From the human T2T-CHM13v2.0 reference genome, Homo sapiens, in NCBI RefSeq assembly GCF_009914755.1, contig NC_060936.1: DNA of 64,000 nt; one strand, given 5' to 3'. The notes below the pieces were generated by a model. That model made no database searches. It saw only the letters and a list, made by a program, of their open reading frames with translations, and had not been told where the DNA came from. The translations under genes and the position numbers were made by a program. Within the stretch, counting starts at the first letter, position 1; each line of letters opens with the position of its first letter. Shown in pieces: positions 57,461 to 64,000 of this stretch.

Positions 57461-58479
57461 TGGGGCATGATGTATCAGTCCCAGTTCAAGTCTGAAGGCC
57501 CAAGAATCAGGAACACTGATGTCCTAGCTCAAATGGGGTGAGAGATGTAAATTTGCCCTTCCTCTACCTATCTTCTCTAGTCAGTATACTGATGCAAATG
57601 TTCATCATTTCTGGAAACACCCTCACAGAAACACCCCAAAATAATGTTTTACCAGCTATCTGGGCATCTTTTAGCTCAGTCAAGTTGACACATAAGATTA
57701 AACATCACATCCAACTTCTGAGAGGCAGAACTGGGATTTACATTGTAATTGAAAGATATGTACTGCCTCTGACTGTTGTGAACTGCATTACCAGATTAAA
57801 TGTAGCTAAGATTATATATTAACAGGTTGTCTTTAAGTTTAAACAAACAGTTTAGGGGTCTATTATACACATTAAACCAAGGAAGTAATATGAAATAATT
57901 AATATGAAAATATGGGATAATATAACCATAGCAAACAGATGAAAACTCTGGCCAAAAGGACATATGTGTTAATGTTTGATAAACTTAATTAACAGTGATA
58001 ATTCCTGATATTGCTCTTCAACAAAGCAACCATATAGAGAATTTACACAGCAATGACATATATTGTTGACATATGAGTCAGAGGAATTGCTAAAACAAAT
58101 GTGGAGATGGAGCAAATTAAAGTTATTATGATTTGGGGGATAGAGATTTAGTAATCAGTAGTTCCAAGTCTTGAGCAAGATGAAATTCATTATAGTTGTG
58201 AGTAAACTCTTTCAATTGCATTGGCATTTGGAATAAAACTAGACTGATTTTCAGTTCTTTTAAATAGGTAAAGTCATTGTGAAAATGTATCTCTAAAACA
58301 ATTGGCATCAAATCAGAAAATAGTGTTTTTGTATCTCAGCTATCAAGATCTGTTTCAGACCAAATTATTTATTGCCTACTTTTCTGTATGCTCCCAACCC
58401 TGTACCAAGTAGAGTTGGGATAGTAACAGTAAATTTAAATGCCTTCAAGAGCACTGTAGGCTACATTAATGGGAGAGAG

Positions 58480-58765
58480 TGGCCGGGTTTCAGCAGACTA
58501 TTGGGCCCTCTGGTGAATTAGCTTGTGAACTCATCTACAGAGGCAGCCTTAGCTCCTGCTGATGTTGCTGTGTGAAAATGTGGGCCTAGTGTTGCCACAT
58601 CATCCAGTCTTTCAAGAAATGCCAAGAAATCTGATTTTTTTTGTATATGTGAAAGACTTTAAAAAAAATCAGAATAAATTAAGCATTTTGGAAAAGACTT
58701 AGGGAAGGGGAAGGCATGCCTATGGCTAACCTTTGCCTTGCATATTAACAGTTGCATACTTCTGA
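58480..58765. mobile_element. MER102-like hAT element
   Basis: gaaaatgtgggcctagtgttgcca...tttcaagaaatgcc..gaaatctgatttt. Confidence 0.6.
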
Positions 58766-59439
58766 AGTTTAGCCTTCTTCCTTTTCCTTGTGTCTTTGGT
58801 ACCCACCTACCCAGCTGCAAGAATCTTCCCCATCCACATGCTTACCCCATGAGGGTCAGGAGAAAGGCCTTTGGAGACAGACCTGCCATTTAAGCAACTT
58901 ATTTTTATTCCTACTCATTTTCTGTCCTCTCAGAAATGAGGATAATAAAATGCATATTCACTTAGCTGCCCTAAAATCTTGGTAGGCAGGAAAAGAAAGA
59001 ATGAATAAATGAAGTAACATCTGCAATTGCCTGTAATAAAAAAGATTCTTTTTTGCTTCAGTGCAATGATTGTCAGTAAATATTACAGAGTGAAGAAATC
59101 TGATCAACTAATTTTTACTAAGGTATAAATGATTGATAACAGCTTAATACTATATTCAACTCAGGGGTATACATCACTCATATTCAAGAATGTGCTTTAA
59201 TTTTAAATAGTAGGATTTCAAACCTTACAGGTAAATGGGTATTCTGAGGGAAGAATGGTGGACATTATGGATAGAGGCTTTTCTATTCAGAGAAAACACC
59301 CTCTCACTGTCATATCTTGAGTAATACCAACCCTCCAACTTTCCTGCTTCTCTGTATATGCAGACTCTTGAATATTTTACCATCCCAAAGGAAAACAGGA
59401 AGAACTACTTTAGTGTTATTATAATAGCAGGACCTGCTA

Positions 59440-61428
59440 AACAGGCAGTAACATGTACCCTAGATGTCCTGGTATGAAACGTGTAACTTGAGATTGGAAG
59501 AAAAATTTAAAGAAAAATGTAGGGGCTAGTTACCTTGGTGAAATTTCTGAGAGACCAGTGATTTGGGATATGAAGGGATATTCCCTCCAAATGCCTCGAA
59601 GAAGGAGGCATAATGCTTAGGGGGTCGCTTTGGACTTTGGAGGCAACATATCCCACATTTGGGAATCTTCTCTGACCTATTTATGGAGGGAACCCATAAA
59701 GCTATCAGTTTTGGGTGAGAGTGGGAGTAAGAGAAGATACTGCAGCTGGTCAAAGCTTCAGTGCAAAGCTCTGCCACTTAGTCCTATGAGCCTGCAGATC
59801 CAGTGGTGCTTGAAGTGTCTGTGGTTTGGGATGTCCTATGTAGCTTCCAGCAGACACCTTTAGGAATCCCACCCACCTACCCGAATAGGTACTACACGCA
59901 TCCAAACAAGTAGTATTCGGAAGTAAAAAATAGTCTACCCTTGAGAAACTGCTCTTGGCTTGCTACTGGGGCCCACTGAAAGTCTGACCACGTAAACTTA
60001 GTCTCCAATAATGACCAGAGTGTTTTTTGCCTCACCAGGCATTAATATCAAGTCTGTCTAGCAGCACTCCATCATCAGGTAGAAATGGCATCTATATGAT
60101 CACTAATAAATTGTAAAAGCAGGTGACTCACATTTCCAAAATACCTACTCCTGTTGCAGTGTTACCTCGCCATCAACCCACCTGTGGCCTCATGAAGCGT
60201 TTTCTATAACCAGCTGAGAAAGAAAAAGTTCAAGTCTGGCTTACATGGAGCCCTGCCTGGTAATTGGGCAGTGCACAGATGCCCTGCTGTAGCATTTTAA
60301 CCCAGGGAGGAGGTGTGCCTAGAGCATAATGGGGAAAGAAGATTCTTTTAGCAGGTGGAAATTTGAATGGTATAAGTGATTTTCCATTTTGTCTGAATGG
60401 TCAGAATCATGGCTCAGTACCAATTCATGGAAAGAAGCTAAGGAATTCAGGAATTTTGGAAAGACAATGGTTGGAAGATTGGTGGTAAGTAAGTATGGGG
60501 AAGAAATATGTGAATAGACTTCTAATAATGGGCTCAGAATGTAAAATTGTTTGTATCCATGTGAATATTTACCAAATTTCCTCCTCTGTAGAGATCTTCT
60601 GTAACCTTGTGGACAAAACAACTTTTCCTATAGATGCCATTATATCTTTCCTGGCCACACCAGGATCAGTGGCTAATGAACAAAGTGACCGTGGTGGCAG
60701 GGATGAAAGTAATGCATGGACTCCAAAACAGTTCTTTTCACCAAGATGGATCAGGCTATTGCCCTGCTCATTGTGCAATTTGCACCATACTATATAAAAA
60801 TTTGGAAGCCACCTTAATGGTAGGTCAATTAAATAAGCCCTTTGTGTTGTAGAAAGGGCAGCAACTTGTCACTGAAATAGTTACTCATTCTGGATTTGAT
60901 TTTGCTTTCCCTGCTGCCATATTTCTGCATGCACTATAACCTGTAGACTTGCTGAATGTTTTTACCTCTCCTATAGTATTCTATACAACATTGAGCCAGA
61001 ATAAATAACTTATTTTGAAAAAAAGTAAGACAGTGGTTGGACATTCATGGAACACACTGGTCTTACCATGTACTATGTCACTTACAGACAAAAACCTTTA
61101 TAGAATTCTTAGTGGGCTCTATTGAATACTGGTTAGTGGAGATCGTGGCAGAAGTGATTTGATTCTGGAACTGGGAGCTGTTGCAGTGGCTTCCTGATCC
61201 TACAGCCAGCTTCTTCTTTCTATAGTTGTCTTATTGTATCAGGGACAGCAGCTCTCATAGCATCTCCTAGAATGAGACTTTGGGCATCACTCCATGAATC
61301 TCAGACCACCTTCAGTTTCCACAGCCCTTCTAAAGACTGTCATTTAATAATCCCCTGTAAAAATTTCCATGTTTGTTTCAGTTAGTAACTATGGATTTTG
61401 TTTTTTCTTTCTGAACCCTGACTGATAT
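59440..61428 (+). mobile_element. ERVL pol remnant plus partial LTR33-like 3' LTR (about 61135-61428)
   Basis: FGLWRQHIPHLG at about 59630, EKLLLACYW at about 59943, EQSDRGGRD (integrase zinc-finger region) at about 60678; LTR ends gaaccctgactgata. Confidence 0.75.
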
Positions 61429-62084
61429 AGGCAGGAAAATCTTTCCTAATATCCTAAAATTCTGCAGACAACTGTTTACATACGAGTAAAGGTAATTTTA
61501 ACCAGGGTCTTTTAACATGTGGAAATTTGAGAACGTTTCAACTGTAACTGATTATAATGTACCCTTAAAATATTTTATTGTCGTTGTAATACTCAGAAAC
61601 AGAGTATAGATATTAGTCCTTTGAGAGTTTAAGTAAAAAAATGTAAAGGTAAACTAGCAATAATAAAAAATGTTTAGAGATGTCAACATGGTATTTTGTG
61701 ATTCATGGAATGTGCTACAGAATAAAAGTGTAAACAAGCCTTAATATAATACAAAAATTATGCCTATTCATTATTTTTTAAAATCAGTGACTGAAATACT
61801 TTCCGAAAACAGAATCCTCCCACTGAAGTTGAGCAGTAGTATAAACATAAGTAAAAGCTGTCTGCCTAAAAGTCTCTAAATAGAAGCTTTTCTGGGCTAG
61901 CTTTGTAGATTGGAAATTTTGGGGGAATTTCAAAACACAAGGTCTGTACTTTCCAGATCTCACTTTGTGCATCTGCTGACCTCCTTTCCTCATCATTATT
62001 ATCAAATGCTATAAGTTTATAGTGACTACTTATAAATGACTTTTGTAAAACTTCTTAGTGATTTTATGTAATATTAGAGGAGAT

Positions 62085-62250
62085 TAGTTCAGGGTCTGCG
62101 TGAACCTGGAGGACCTATTATTTATATTAGTGCTTCTGAAACTGGGGACTCACTCAGCAGGTTGGAGTGGATCTTGAATTTCTGCATTTCTATCAAGGTC
62201 CCAAGTGATATCGATGCTTCTGGTGTTCAGATCACACTTTGAATAAGAAG
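62085..62250. mobile_element. MER5A-like
   Basis: aatttctgcatttcta..aag.tcccaagtgat..gatgct..gatcacactttga. Confidence 0.65.
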
Positions 62251-62489
62251 CAATTTTAAGCCGAAGTTTAAAATAGAAATCAATTAATTGTCTTGCCCTT
62301 TTAAGACAGCAACAATAATTTGATTGATTTACTCTTATAATTAAGAGAAATTATTTGGATACTGCATCTAACCGAGACCCAATGCCAACTCAGGATAAGT
62401 ATTTACAAAAGTCGAAAGAAGGCAGAGAATTTAAGGCTGTGATTGAAAGCACTGACAGAGTTTGAACTCTGGCTTAACTCTGAGGTGTT

Positions 62490-62740
62490 TCTTTCTACAT
62501 TACAAAGCAGAATCTGCTTTATAGTGTGAACTTTGGAGTTAGCAAGACCTGGATTTGAAGCCTGGATCTAAATTTTTTGTTGTTGTGGTATGAACTTAAG
62601 TTTTTTTTTAAAAATCTCCTAACCTTTGTTCCCTGATCTGAGTGTCACAGAGTTGCTGTTACGTTAAAAGGGACAACACAAGTAAAATGCTTGAGTGCTG
62701 TATATAGTAAGTGCTCAGATATTACCTATTTTGCTAGTTG
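62490..62740 (+). mobile_element. MIR
   Basis: ctttggagtta..agacctggatttgaa...atagtaagtgctca. Confidence 0.7.
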
Positions 62741-64000
62741 TTATCTTCAATAAGCAAATGAGTCTAGATCCAATTTGTAATTTTTATTGGAGTAAGAAGT
62801 CTTGACCAAAAATCTATTAGCTGTAGCCAGTGAGTGAGGTGGTTTTGTGAATATTAGTTTATCACCATCATCATCATCGTATCATTATCAAATAAGAAGC
62901 TGATAATTGCACATAAAATACTTTATCTGAAAGAAATTATGTTTATAAAAATTGGATAAATTTTATTTTCAGATTCTTGTAATTGGAAATTGTCTCATTT
63001 AAAATTTTTGGCTGGGATCAAATAAAATTTTTGGCTAGTATCAGTATACAAAATTTTGCCATTGTTACAAACATATAAAGAAAAAAAAGTTTGTCTTTAT
63101 AAAGATTTAGCTGTGTAGTCACCCTAAAGCCTCTGATGAATTCCATAAACATACAGATTAATATTTCATATGTATTCAGCATGTTCCATTTCAGCCTCAA
63201 AAAGTTTTTTTTTTTCCAAATGAGGAGGCATTTGTGCAGTTGTTTGCATCTGTAGAACCCCTAACACTGTATTTATGTAAAATTACACTTCAGGATAATT
63301 GCCTATGTAATTAGCATTCAGGAAGAAATTATTTATTCAGTAGCACATTTCACAATTCAATTTCAGTCTGTGACAAAGAGGCTTTTTAAATGTTAATCTT
63401 ATGAAAGAAAATGGAGCAAATAGTAAAGCCTGTGGATTAATACAAGAGGCAGCTATTTACAGCATAACATTCTCCCTCACTGGGAATTACCTATTTTCTA
63501 CCAGACAGTCTAGGCTTGTTTCAAACTTCACCGGGAAGTAGGGGGTTGAATCTTGTGTTTTGTGCATGTTAGATGGTTTCACATCAGGTGACCAAATAAA
63601 AGAGCAAAATGATTACCAATAATTTTGGTGTTGAAACTTTAAAAGAGACAGAAAGAATAAATACACAGTATGGTGGAGTTTAAAAAATGAAAAAAATAAA
63701 GAGATATGTTTTCTCAGTCTCCATTCTATGGAAATTTTCCATTTTGGATAATAATTTTTTCAAAATTCATGAACAGGATCCACACTTCCCTTCCATCAGC
63801 TAGCTAGTTTTTTCAGTAGCTTACATGTAACATCTCTTGAAAAACACAGGAACTATTCCTGTCACATACCTATGATTGTGGAAACTGGTGGAAGTATGAG
63901 GGAGATAAGAGTAATTAAAAATATTGTCATCTATTATTTGCATTTTTTAATGATTCCTGAATATCATGTTAAAATAAGGTTAAATAATTTGATAAACACC

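Larger units (their letters stand above)
57206..57709 (-). mobile_element. MLT2B-like ERVL LTR
   Basis: agggttcttcagagaaaca, gaaacaccctcacagaaacaccc, cagtcaagttgacacataa. Confidence 0.85.
57060..57790 (-). mobile_element. MIR split by MLT2
   Basis: ttattttacggat...aacttggttaaggtcat, resumes gaggcagaactgggattt. Confidence 0.6.

Noticed and set aside
57220-57468. 82-aa polyproline/CV-repeat ORF
   Set aside because: Translation of the (GGT/GGA) and (AC) microsatellites inside MLT2.

Overview
Primate (hominoid, probably human) genomic DNA, AT-rich, with no intact protein-coding gene I can support. Roughly half or more is interspersed repeat: AluY/S/J and FLAM, a full-length but disabled L1PA4-like LINE on the minus strand (20323-26468, 8-bp TSD), L2/MIR/L1M relics, solo LTRs (MER4-type, LTR27-like, two LTR1, LTR32-like, LTR40-like, MLT1/MLT2, a 1.75-kb LTR12C with TSD), two decayed ERVL (LTR33-type) proviral remnants with protease/RT/integrase traces, and DNA transposons (MER5, MER53, MER102, Tigger3a, MADE2). 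The most interesting non-repeat signal is at 46853-49110 (+): a heavily decayed, intron-containing immunoglobulin-superfamily gene relic, with a leader exon followed by one ~1.07-kb phase-1 exon apparently encoding V-V(J-like)-C domains. Candidate orphan exons lie around the LTR12C. All calls were made by eye. Subfamily names come from recalled consensus sequences, and boundaries of old repeats are approximate.
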